Source: a virus. From it: a stretch of DNA of 20,176 nucleotides. A program made the position numbers and the translations under genes. Each line of letters starts with the position of its first letter. Position 1 is the stretch's first letter. Under the pieces are notes generated by a model. It searched no databases and had not been told where the DNA came from. It saw only the letters and a list, made by a program, of their open reading frames with translations. The stretch lies in the IMG/VR virus record IMGVR_UViG_3300026311_000090, positions 1 through 20,176 of that record; one strand, 5' to 3'. This document shows, one piece after another, positions 1 to 8,076 of this stretch.

Positions 1-390
1 CCATAGCGTGTTGCCATCATTATCTATAAGTCCAATATGAAGCGGATCGCCCTGTGCGTCTCTGTGTCCCTTTGAAAAGACTATCGATTGGTCATAGTAG
101 GTTTGTAATGTCGAGAGAATACTCGTGTATCGGCTAACTGTACAGTCATCATCATAACTATAGTAGCAACCATTTGGATAATTATAGCTGGCTAATGCAC
201 TTGTTATGTATTGGGCTACGCTTCGCGATAGTTGAACTTCGTTTTGGGTATCTACCCATTGGAAATTATTGGGTAAAAAGTTAGCTGCGCCAGTAGAGGC
301 TGAAACGAAATTTCCTGAAATCAATTGTATCGTTGAAAACACTAAAAGGCTTATTAAGAGCAAACTTATGAGGTTTTTTGCTTTCTTCAT
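1..390 (-). CDS. Secreted protein, N-terminal part (runs off the left edge)
   Basis: Not in the ORF track. ATG at 390, preceded by GGAGA, opens a frame with no stop to position 1: MKKAKNLISLLLISLLVFSTIQLISGNFVSA (signal peptide)...FSKGHRDAQGDPLHIGLIDNDGNTLW. Confidence 0.85.
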   Translation of the reverse strand, partial: MKKAKNLISLLLISLLVFSTIQLISGNFVSASTGAANFLPNNFQWVDTQNEVQLSRSVAQYITSALASYNYPNGCYYSYDDDCTVSRYTSILSTLQTYYDQSIVFSKGHRDAQGDPLHIGLIDNDGNTLW

Positions 391-447
391 TTATTTATCT
401 CCGCTTTACTGTTTTTTCTCCGTATTATCGTAAGAGATGCAAGTGAT

Positions 448-489
448 TTAGCTCTATACTTTAGGACACTTGTCCTAAATTTTAGGACA
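448..489 (-). promoter_or_regulatory. Copy 1 of a conserved ~42-bp upstream element (TTAGGACA/TGTCCTAA motifs beside a TATA-like AAGTATAG)
   Basis: 37/42 identical to 19166-19207. Contains the palindromes TTTAGGACA-CT-TGTCCTAAA (460-479) and TGTCCTAAA-T-TTTAGGACA (471-489). Lies ~60 nt upstream of the minus-strand ATG at 390. Confidence 0.65.
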
Positions 490-749
490 ATTGGATGCTT
501 GCTCATTATGTAGGCAATCGGTAATTTCCAAAATCAAGGTTATAGCTTATAAAAAATGGCGATTATGAAGGCAGATTTACTGCCGTTTAAGATAGCTTTC
601 GGCTATACCGGAAGAGATTGTTATTATGTATGAGTAGCGTGTCAAAGTGTGCGGAACATAATGCCCTTTGCATTCTATAGTTTGCCCGACTAAAAGTTGT
701 AGGTTATCCAAGTTGTAATATTCGAGGGTAATAGTATTCCAGTCGATTT

Positions 750-1073
750 TTAATCTATTGGACCGCTATGGGTTGGGTCGCTGATTGGATGGGCTGCCAT
801 TTCAGCTCTAACTTGAGTCATGTTACATGGAGTAGCTTTTGCTGGGTCAAACGGGGGTAATGTCGGTTCGGGTCCGATCTCGGCTAAATTGATCGATGGA
901 ATTTTTAACGGTTGTAGATAAGGATTTGAGTTAGCTAACGTTGAATTAGCGCTTAAAACATCAATTGATCCAACTGATGACGACGCATTGTATTGAATCG
1001 TTTGTGCGAGAACATTTGCAGAAAAATAGTAAATAGAAATTATAAGCACACCAATCACTAATTTTTTACTCAT
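750..1073 (-). CDS. Small secreted protein, possibly a frameshifted N-terminal half
   Basis: ATG 1073 gives MSKKLVIGVLIISIYYFSANVLAQ (signal peptide), followed by a Pro-rich region. An overlapping frame stays open from ~768 to 577. Confidence 0.6.
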   Translation of the reverse strand: MSKKLVIGVLIISIYYFSANVLAQTIQYNASSSVGSIDVLSANSTLANSNPYLQPLKIPSINLAEIGPEPTLPPFDPAKATPCNMTQVRAEMAAHPISDPTHSGPID

Positions 1074-1117
1074 TTCAACTTCACATCCGTGTGTTAGCAC
1101 ATAGCTTGAAAGATTAC

Positions 1118-1158
1118 TTAATGCTATACTTCAGAACACCCGTACTAAACTTAGGACA
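1118..1158 (-). promoter_or_regulatory. Copy 2 (degenerate) of the ~42-bp upstream element
   Basis: TTAATGCTATACTTCAGAACACCCGTACTAAACTTAGGACA aligns 32/42 (one gap) with 448-489. It sits upstream of the minus-strand gene at 1073, in the same orientation as the other copies. Confidence 0.5.
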
Positions 1159-1237
1159 GGATAGTGTTAGTTCTAAAAATATGTTCTAAAGCTTAGTCTT
1201 AAAAGAAGAGTATAATTAATAGTTACACGGTGAAAAA

Positions 1238-1924
1238 ATGAGTCAGAAAAGAGTCAAAAGTAGAAAGCTTGTTTATAGTTTACTTATACTCATAGCTTTC
1301 TGCGTCATCTTAACTTTTTCCTTATACTTAGCTTTCAGTCCTCTAGTTAATAGTCAAGAGTCAACCAGATTATCAACTGGCCCAATTTCTACAACTGATG
1401 AAGCAATTAAAATTGGGATGCCCATTGTTGACCAGTATATAGAAGAAAACAATCGAACAATAACAACTGTGGAAGCAACACTAAGGAATTCTACCCAACC
1501 TTATTGGTTTATTCAGGTTGAATTTGAAGGTATAGAAAGCAGAGGATACCACGACCAAAGTAGTGGTTACGAAGTATCTGTGTGGGCAGATAGCAGCGAA
1601 ATCTTACATCATGGTCCAATTTGGCATAATAGTCCAAGTGCGACTGACGAAAACACTAAAATTACTGTTGATCGAGCGATTGAGATTGCGATACCTATCG
1701 CTGAGGAATATGCTACAGAAAACAATCGAACAATAACAACCATGGTGGAAGCATCACTAACTAACCATACCGATTCCCGCCCTTTATGGCAGATAGATGT
1801 AAAATTTGAACCAGTAAAAAATGGGGACTACAGAGATGTGCAACATTGGATTGATGCATATACAGTTTCGATATGGGCAGACACGTGCGAAATAAGAAGC
1901 CACAGCGCGCGAGGTTGGTATTAG
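1238..1924 (+). CDS. Membrane-anchored protein with two tandem PepSY-like repeats
   Basis: N-terminal TM helix (LVYSLLILIAFCVILTFSLYLAF). Two ~90-aa repeats (xAIxIxxPI...ENNRTITT...W.I.V.FE...Y.VS.WAD..EI..H). The PepSY assignment is by motif resemblance only. Confidence 0.8.
   Translation: MSQKRVKSRKLVYSLLILIAFCVILTFSLYLAFSPLVNSQESTRLSTGPISTTDEAIKIGMPIVDQYIEENNRTITTVEATLRNSTQPYWFIQVEFEGIESRGYHDQSSGYEVSVWADSSEILHHGPIWHNSPSATDENTKITVDRAIEIAIPIAEEYATENNRTITTMVEASLTNHTDSRPLWQIDVKFEPVKNGDYRDVQHWIDAYTVSIWADTCEIRSHSARGWY
1444..1740 (+). repeat. Intragenic duplication with an identical 24-bp core
   Basis: AGAAAACAATCGAACAATAACAAC at 1444-1467 and 1717-1740, 273 nt (91 codons) apart. Confidence 0.9.
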
Positions 1925-2281
1925 TTACAGTCCAATCTCATAAAGCTCTATTCATTTTTTATACTTAAGAATCGCAGCATCATTCGAAGCTTTGCTTTAA
2001 CATATAAGAGGCTCACAAGGCAAGGGTGTGGCAGTTTTTACAACGAGTACTTACTACCAAACAATATACAAAACATAATTTTTGAACAAGTATGATTCAT
2101 AGCTTAAAGCGCATCTTAATACCCTCTTTTGCTTCTCGCAATTTCCGGGAATTTAGCTCTTCTTCATTTTTCAATCAATCTTAGAAGCATTTATGCTTTG
2201 CGAAGTTTTATGCAATTTGCCACAGACCCTTTAGTCCCGTAATATACGGTGGCGACATTAAAAGTTGAGGTCTTAGTTGGT

Positions 2282-2290
2282 AAAAAAAAA
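2282..2290 (-). terminator. Oligo-T archaeal terminator candidate
   Basis: T9 on the minus strand, ~35 nt after the TGA of the 2326-2552 fragment. Confidence 0.45.
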
Positions 2291-2325
2291 GTGAGTCGGG
2301 GTTAAAGTGTTTAAGCAGAGTCTCG

Positions 2326-2552
2326 TCAGCCACTCACATGGACAGCATCTACGCGCAGATTAGCGCTCCATCCTTGGTCATCATTAACGCAAACACCGAT
2401 GTATCTAAAGTTATTATACGAACCGCAGCTGATATCATATGGATTGCTATTAGTGATATATCCATTGAATGTTGTGTACCAGTTAGAGTAATCATTGGAT
2501 ACGTAAACAATTAGGTGACTTGAATATCCCGAGACTGTATGTGCGCGCGCGT
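2326..2552 (-). pseudogene. 3' remnant of a secreted/surface protein gene (5' end deleted)
   Basis: Protein-like open frame NARAHTVSGYSSHLIVYVSNDYSNWYTTFNGYITNSNPYDISCGSYNNFRYIGVCVNDDQGWSANLRVDAVHVSG* ending at TGA 2328-2326. There is no start codon, and the frame is bounded upstream by TAG 2571-2569 inside the portal sequence. Confidence 0.7.
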
Positions 2553-3369
2553 TAGCAGTGTTCCCGACCTAAAGATTCCCTACAAAGTCACAGGCTACCA
2601 ACTCAAAAGCACATACAGCGGCAATGCTGGAAGTGAGCTAAAACCCGAAGCGGTAGTTCACTGGCGCCTATGCAGTGATGTGCCTTCGGGTTTTGGAGTT
2701 GGACTCTTACAGGTGCTCTTGCACACGTTAACGCTTGATAGTGATAAGCGCCCTGCCTACTCTTGGATGAAGGCTAAAATTGAGCGCATCATGCCCCGAA
2801 TTTTCGAGAAGTATGCTGGACCTGATGTGTTAGCGTACTTGGATAAGGCTGATGCTGCAACCATAAAACAGTTCGAAGCCGCCATCAAAAACCGTCCCGA
2901 AGAGGGCGCTTGGCTATTCTACAACAAACCCTGCGAAGTCAAACCCGTAACCATAGACCCCAGAGCACAAGGCTTCGTTTACTACATCGACCACATCGTC
3001 AACCAGTTCTATCTTGGCTGCGAAACCCCATTGCCAAGACTTTTCAGCACACCTGGCTTCACCGAAGCATCGGCAAGGGCAGCTCTAGACTTGCAGGACA
3101 TGCTCATAAAACCCGTCCAACGCTATGTTAAGCGCCAAGTAGAACGAGAAATCTTCTTGCCCATTGTTGTTCAAGCTGGGTGTGATGCAGCGAAGGCTAA
3201 GGTTAGGTTGAATTTTGGCAGCCCCGAAACCCCAGAGTTAAACCCTGCTGACCTAATTAAAGCCGCTGAGCAGGGGCTAATTCGAGCCGAAGAATTCCGC
3301 AAGAACGCCGTCAAGTTTGGCTGGGAACTCTGGGATACAACAAACGCAACCAAGGAGACGCCAAAATGA
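2551..3369 (+). pseudogene. Portal protein, 5'-truncated
   Basis: Portal-like C-terminal motifs (HWRL..., FTEASARAA, IKPVQRYVKRQVEREIF, VRLNF, GLIRAEEFR). About 270 aa, short for a portal. The ORF-track ATG at 2539 lies in the antisense of the neighbouring gene remnant and has no RBS. Confidence 0.75.
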
Positions 3370-3719
3370 CAAGCGTAACCACCGAGGACATAAGAGATGT
3401 TTTGCACCTAAGCGACGCCGACATTGCAGACGCTAAGATTTTGAAGATGGTTAAGCGTGCCCAGGTCACTTTGACCTTAGAGCTTTCTCAATCCATAGAT
3501 GCATCAAACTGCACGGACGCCGAAAAAGAGGCGATAACGCTTCTTGCGGCAATTTATGCGCTTTGCTTTTTGACTGGCGGCTCAGCAGTCGGCTTAAACT
3601 TCAGCGTAGGCGACCTGAGCACCTCAGCATCTTCTTCCTTGCCAAGCTTAGACGTGCTACAATCTGAGTTTGGACGGATTCTTGACGGCCTAAAAACACC
3701 TTATGTTGGGAGCGCCTAA
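3366..3719 (+). CDS. Head-tail adaptor (SPP1 gp15/HK97 gp6-like)
   Basis: 117 aa, helical, begins VTTEDIRDVL, has a C-terminal SVGDLS strand, overlaps the portal stop (ATGA) and sits in the expected position. Confidence 0.65.
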   Translation: MTSVTTEDIRDVLHLSDADIADAKILKMVKRAQVTLTLELSQSIDASNCTDAEKEAITLLAAIYALCFLTGGSAVGLNFSVGDLSTSASSSLPSLDVLQSEFGRILDGLKTPYVGSA

Positions 3720-3721
3720 CA

Positions 3722-5113
3722 ATGGCAACCGTTCCAGAAACCTATTACCAGTTTGTCATGGACTACGCGCCCTATGTGTATGTGATAGCGCCCAATACCC
3801 CTGATCCAGCTTTTGGCAAAGGCGTTTTGGCGGCTAGCTTTGCCATAGATTTTCTGTGTGAAGCCTACTCTGCCCCGCAATTTGAGAACAGAAAAGCAGA
3901 CGTCTACAGCAAAATCATAAACCTAGCCGATTGGGTTCTAACTCAGCAATGCCTCGACCCAGCACGTAAAGCTTTTGGCGGCTTCAAAAGCGCAGAAGAA
4001 AGCACCTATTATTACAGTGTGGACGCTTGCAGAGTCATTCCGTCTCTTCTAAGAGCCTATGAACTCACAAACGATAGCCGATACTTAGAGGCTGCAAAGT
4101 TAGCCGCTGGAACTTTTCTCAAGACCATGCAGTACCAGCAGCCCTACGGCGGCTTCACCAGAGCTGTGACTATTGGCGATGCTTGGCTTCTGCAACTAGA
4201 CATTGAATGCCTCTATGGCCTAATCGGCTTGAACATGCTAGCCGAAAAGTACGATGCGGCAAATGCGCTACTCTACCGAGGCATAATGAACAAGGCAACC
4301 GGTTTTCTGAGGGCAGGCTTTGAGAACCTTTGGTTGGATTTTGACCCTGCCGATGGCAAGTGGCACCGAGTCGGTCTAACGGAAAATGAAGTGTACGATG
4401 ACCCCTTCGCCTATGCGCTAGTTGGCTTGTATGTGGTTGAAAGCTGGAGCGTTAGCTGCCAAAAAGTCTACAGCGCCCTAAACAACATCAGGGCAAGCGC
4501 AAAGTATCCAGCTTATGACCCTACAGTCTGCTGGGCAGGCTACATAGACGTCGTCAACAGATTCGTTGCATGCGACTACTACGATGCAGTCACAAGCGGA
4601 ATCCTATGGAAGATTCGCAAGAACCACGACCAACCCAGCTTAGAGCTGAGCATGAAAGTCATCGGCAAGCATGCTGAAGAGTTCATGTTTTGGGGTGCCA
4701 AGCATGCAGATTACAGTTTTGTTGAGAACAAAAAGGCAATGGTCACTGTTTGCTGGCTAGCCCAACTGTTCCTACACTACCAAGAGCCAACAACCCAGTT
4801 CACAAGAATTCTAAGAAGCAAAGGCGAAGCGGTTACGCTTTATCCAATCAGAGAAGCCGTTGCCACAGTGAGTTATGGTGAGTCGCTGGATTTGCTGGCT
4901 GTCGTTTCTCCAATCAAAGCTGAACAGGTAATGCTGGAAGCAGGCTACTACCTCAACGACTACTTAGCCTTCTACACGTTCCTCCCAGTGAGGGTTCACG
5001 ATAAAATCAGGCGTCAGGGCGAAGACTATGAAATCCAAACTGTAACTCCCTTCACTTTTACGAATCAGCGTTTGTACTTTAAAAGCGTGGCTAGGAGACT
5101 GATTTGCAGTTGA
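3722..5113 (+). CDS. Fusion of an (alpha/alpha)-barrel glycoside-hydrolase-like domain to a C-terminal head-closure (gp16-like) domain
   Basis: First ~355 aa show helical hairpin repeats (LADWVLTQQ...FGGF, SLLRAYELTNDSRYLEAAKLAA...FL). The last ~105 aa resemble head-closure proteins (EAVTLY...DKIRRQGEDYEIQTV...YFKSVARR). Follows the adaptor. Confidence 0.65.
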   Translation: MATVPETYYQFVMDYAPYVYVIAPNTPDPAFGKGVLAASFAIDFLCEAYSAPQFENRKADVYSKIINLADWVLTQQCLDPARKAFGGFKSAEESTYYYSVDACRVIPSLLRAYELTNDSRYLEAAKLAAGTFLKTMQYQQPYGGFTRAVTIGDAWLLQLDIECLYGLIGLNMLAEKYDAANALLYRGIMNKATGFLRAGFENLWLDFDPADGKWHRVGLTENEVYDDPFAYALVGLYVVESWSVSCQKVYSALNNIRASAKYPAYDPTVCWAGYIDVVNRFVACDYYDAVTSGILWKIRKNHDQPSLELSMKVIGKHAEEFMFWGAKHADYSFVENKKAMVTVCWLAQLFLHYQEPTTQFTRILRSKGEAVTLYPIREAVATVSYGESLDLLAVVSPIKAEQVMLEAGYYLNDYLAFYTFLPVRVHDKIRRQGEDYEIQTVTPFTFTNQRLYFKSVARRLICS

Positions 5114-6126
5114 GCGAAGCAGAAAACCCAGTCGTTACCATTTTGCGGCTTATCGAGTCTCGGCTACGAGTTGTCAAGGACGATGGCGGCTTAGCCCGTG
5201 TCCTTTGCGCTCAAGCCAACTATGACCGGGAACTGCTCAAAGACTACGACGCCCAAATCACCGTATCCAAAACCGCTGAACCATGCCAAGCACAGAAGCA
5301 CACCTTAGACGGAAAACTCAGACGCCGCATCTACTCCCTTCGAGCAACCATAACGACAGTAGACAAGCCCACTCCAAATTCAGATGTCGGCAGAGTCATG
5401 CGGGATAAAGTCCTTGAGCAGCTTCTTTTGACTATTCCCGAAAACCGCAACCTGCCCTACAGAACCATCTATAACTTCTACCCGCTAGATTCGACCTCTG
5501 CAACTCACAAGGCCTATGATGCCACAGGCACAGGGGAACTTGAGCCTTCAAACGTCTCTTGGGCAGAACTGCCAAACGTAGAGTATTCAGCGCTTTGGGG
5601 CAGTGACGATGTTAGGCATTCTAAAAGCTCAACTGGCAACGGCTTGTATGCGTTTATGCTTTTCCGTTTCAAAATAGGCGCTAAAGCTGGAGAAACCCGT
5701 AATGAACCAAGGAAACAGTGTCTTAAGCGTGTTTCATTGTCTTTTGAAGGCTTTGGGATTGCTCCGCAAGGGAACGGTGTAACCCTCAAAGTATGGGACA
5801 ACATCTCAGGCACTTGGAGCAATGCACAAAATGGCAGTTTAGGAACTGATGAAACGCTAACAATCGCTCTAACATCAAACCTTACCAACTACGTCAACGA
5901 AAGCGGCTTTCTCTATCTAATGGCACGGACCACCAACCCATCTGACGGAGTTTCCCCTGCCGTTTTGAACTGCGACTTTGTGCAGGCAACCGTTGACGTG
6001 CGAGGCGTCACTTTCTGCGATGTTCATAGTTACCGAGACGTCGATGTAGTGGACGTTAAGCCGTTTCTCTACAAGGAAGAAATCGTAATCGTGGCTTGGC
6101 TGTTCGAGTCAGTTGCCATTTCATAG
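5110..6126 (+). CDS. Tail terminator/completion protein with an inserted beta-sandwich domain
   Basis: TTG 5110 overlaps the previous stop (TTGA) and the gene lies directly before the tail tube. Terminator-like N-terminal (~115 aa) and C-terminal (~40 aa) parts flank a ~180-aa beta-rich insert. Confidence 0.6.
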   Translation: MSEAENPVVTILRLIESRLRVVKDDGGLARVLCAQANYDRELLKDYDAQITVSKTAEPCQAQKHTLDGKLRRRIYSLRATITTVDKPTPNSDVGRVMRDKVLEQLLLTIPENRNLPYRTIYNFYPLDSTSATHKAYDATGTGELEPSNVSWAELPNVEYSALWGSDDVRHSKSSTGNGLYAFMLFRFKIGAKAGETRNEPRKQCLKRVSLSFEGFGIAPQGNGVTLKVWDNISGTWSNAQNGSLGTDETLTIALTSNLTNYVNESGFLYLMARTTNPSDGVSPAVLNCDFVQATVDVRGVTFCDVHSYRDVDVVDVKPFLYKEEIVIVAWLFESVAIS

Positions 6127-6143
6127 TCACAGGTGGAAAAAAG

Positions 6144-7007
6144 ATGGTAGACACCTATCACAGCGACCAAGAAAAGTTCTATTACGTTCCAGAAGGCACC
6201 TTCGGCGTTGTTCCCGCCAACCCGCCGATGCTGGGGCACTCCTGCAGCAGCCTAGACCCAGACATAAACCCAACCAACATCAAAGTAGCAGGCACAGGCT
6301 CAGTTGACGTTGTTTCTCTGAAACGTGGCTTAAGACAGCCACTTCTAAAGCTCAAATATCCAATCCCCTCTGACGCACCCATTAACCTCTTGCAGTACGT
6401 CAAGCAAGAACTCAACGTTAGCCTTTCTTTGCAGGTGCTCTACTACAAAAACCAGTTCGCTTTTGCCACCGACATCATAAGCCTGCTATACAAGGGCGCA
6501 AGATTCGACAAAGCCACCTTAACATGCGGTATAGACAGTATTTTGGAGTGTGAAGCCGAGTTTCCAGCCCAAGATGTCGAAGTGGGCACGGCAAAGATTG
6601 CAGGCGCATCTTATACTGAATATGCTGGTGCTGTTTCAGGCAACGAGAGTTACGTCAAAATAGGAGGTGTAACTTGTGAGCGGGTTACTTCTTGGAAACT
6701 CCAAATTGACAACTCATGCAAAGCCGTCCCAGTCATAAGGTCAGTTAACGGTCATTTGGCAAAGTATCTTACGTGGGGTAAACGGCTGCTGACTGGGGAA
6801 CTCAATTTTGAGTTTGAAAGCAAACAAGAAACAGACGAAATTTTAGCCGATGTTGAGCAATCCAGCCTAGAATTCGGCTTAGGCAGCGTCAACAAAGTCA
6901 GCGTAGAACATACCAAATGGGACGATTTCTCGCTGAGCGGCAAGTCTGAGGACCTAATCTACGCTAAAGTTCCCTTCACGGCCAGAGGACCACTCACAAT
7001 CATATAG
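6144..7007 (+). CDS. Major tail tube protein
   Basis: ATG 6144 after AGGTGG (the ORF-track start at 6096 overlaps the previous gene). 287 aa, beta-rich, with tube-like motifs (VTSWKLQIDN, RLLTGELNFEF). Confidence 0.8.
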   Translation: MVDTYHSDQEKFYYVPEGTFGVVPANPPMLGHSCSSLDPDINPTNIKVAGTGSVDVVSLKRGLRQPLLKLKYPIPSDAPINLLQYVKQELNVSLSLQVLYYKNQFAFATDIISLLYKGARFDKATLTCGIDSILECEAEFPAQDVEVGTAKIAGASYTEYAGAVSGNESYVKIGGVTCERVTSWKLQIDNSCKAVPVIRSVNGHLAKYLTWGKRLLTGELNFEFESKQETDEILADVEQSSLEFGLGSVNKVSVEHTKWDDFSLSGKSEDLIYAKVPFTARGPLTII

Positions 7008-7020
7008 GAGTTATGAAAAA

Positions 7021-7188
7021 ATGAAGTCGAAATTTGAAACCAAGGTTTACATTCAAACTGTCGATTTATTGGCTCGTTTTTCAGAGCGCATAAGCAAGTT
7101 ACCCCTGCATTTGCAAGAGGATTTGCTAGCTGATTTGGAAACGGCACTGGAAAACCGCCTCAAAGTAATGGAGAGTCTGAAAGAGTGA
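7021..7188 (+). CDS. Small hypothetical viral protein (55 aa)
   Basis: Not in the ORF track. MKSKFETKVYIQTVDLLARFSERISKLPLHLQEDLLADLETALENRLKVMESLKE* fills the gap, follows GGAG, and its stop overlaps the next GTG (GTGA). Confidence 0.7.
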   Translation: MKSKFETKVYIQTVDLLARFSERISKLPLHLQEDLLADLETALENRLKVMESLKE

Positions 7189-7649
7189 AGCAAGAAGCAT
7201 TAGAACTTGACGACCGATTCGGCGAACAATACCAGGGCAAATACGTTTTCAAAGAAATCACTTGGGCTAAACGCAACCGCATTATCCAAAAGCACACCAA
7301 ATACAACAAGCTAACCGGGGATGTCGAAAGTAGCGACTTCATAACTATACAAGCAGAAACTATCCTTGCCAGCCTGCATGGTCAGCCTCAAAGCCACCCT
7401 ATAACCCTTGAGAAGCTTCTAAGCGAAGAAGACGGTGTATCCATTGAGCTTGGAGAACTGTTCTCTAAAGTAGTCAACAAACTAAATGGTATGTCACGGG
7501 AGGATTTGCGTTTTTTACTAGAGCAGTTAGACGAGGGAAACCTCACAGCTCTCTTGTCGAGTTTCGGCTATGCCAAACCTTCGGCTGGACACCAACCCAA
7601 CTTGCCAAGCAGCCAGCCAGAACAATCCAAGAATTCTGCCAAATCTTGA
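7185..7649 (+). CDS. Tail assembly chaperone (gpG-like)
   Basis: Lies between the tail tube and tape measure genes. Acidic, 154 aa, and contains in-phase slippery heptamers. Confidence 0.75.
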   Translation: MKQEALELDDRFGEQYQGKYVFKEITWAKRNRIIQKHTKYNKLTGDVESSDFITIQAETILASLHGQPQSHPITLEKLLSEEDGVSIELGELFSKVVNKLNGMSREDLRFLLEQLDEGNLTALLSSFGYAKPSAGHQPNLPSSQPEQSKNSAKS

Positions 7650-7714
7650 ATGTGATGGACGATATGGCTGAGGAAGAAAAGAAAAAGACGGAGAGTGAAG
7701 CAAGACGGCGGTAG
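7511..7714 (+). other. -1 programmed frameshift site(s) and gpT-like extension (G-T fusion of ~176 aa)
   Basis: T_TTT_TTA (7511-7517) and G_GGA_AAC (7535-7541) are both X_XXY_YYZ in the zero frame. The -1 frame is open to TAG 7712-7714: ...TRAVRRGKPHSSLVEFRLCQTFGWTPTQLAKQPARTIQEFCQILNVMDDMAEEEKKKTESEARRR*. Confidence 0.8.
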
Positions 7715-8076
7715 AAGTTACCTGTGACATCGATGGCGTAGAAGAGTTCAAGGCAGCTATGCAACGGTTAGATAGTGGCATGCAGCGGCAAGTTCATCGT
7801 CAACTGGTTAGCTGGGCTGCTGACGTCAAAGCTTTGGCTAGAAAGCTTGTTCCAATCAGGACGGGTTACTTGCAAAGCACTATCTATGCTAAAATTAGTG
7901 AGTGGGTGGCTGAAATCGGTGCTGACGCTACCTACGCCTTGTTTGTAGAGCTTGGCACCAAGTACATGCAAGCCCAACCTTACCTTTACCCAGCTATCCA
8001 CGAATACCTACCCCAACTCGAATCCATCATCGTCTCAGCCATTGAGCAAGCCAAAGTGGAGGCTGGACTGCCCTGA
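7705..8076 (+). CDS. HK97 gp10-like tail/neck protein
   Basis: Family motifs ARKLVPIRTGYLQSTI, YALFVELGT and MQAQPYLYPAI. The frame extends 18 codons above ATG 7759 to ACG 7705 (AVEVTCDIDGVEEFKAAM), behind GGAGAGTGA. Confidence 0.85.
   Translation, partial: TAVEVTCDIDGVEEFKAAMQRLDSGMQRQVHRQLVSWAADVKALARKLVPIRTGYLQSTIYAKISEWVAEIGADATYALFVELGTKYMQAQPYLYPAIHEYLPQLESIIVSAIEQAKVEAGLP

Noticed and set aside
448-489. CRISPR or mini-array from the TTAGGACA repeats
   Set aside because: The motifs are 8-9 bp, alternate in orientation and have no spacer-sized unique intervals or nearby cas genes.
1925-2280. Hidden gene or RNA in the AT-rich gap
   Set aside because: Only short frames without RBS were found, and no tRNA-like or stable structure was recognisable by eye.
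2539-2550. ATG 2539 as the real start of an intact portal
   Set aside because: No RBS, the first codons are the antisense of the neighbouring gene remnant, and the product would be too short for a portal.
2910-7781. Short alternative-frame and antisense ORFs in the track (2910, 3171, 5514, 6113, 6182, 6752, 6959, 7160, 7527, 7543)
   Set aside because: They overlap well-supported structural genes and show no RBS or recognisable motifs, so they are shadow ORFs.
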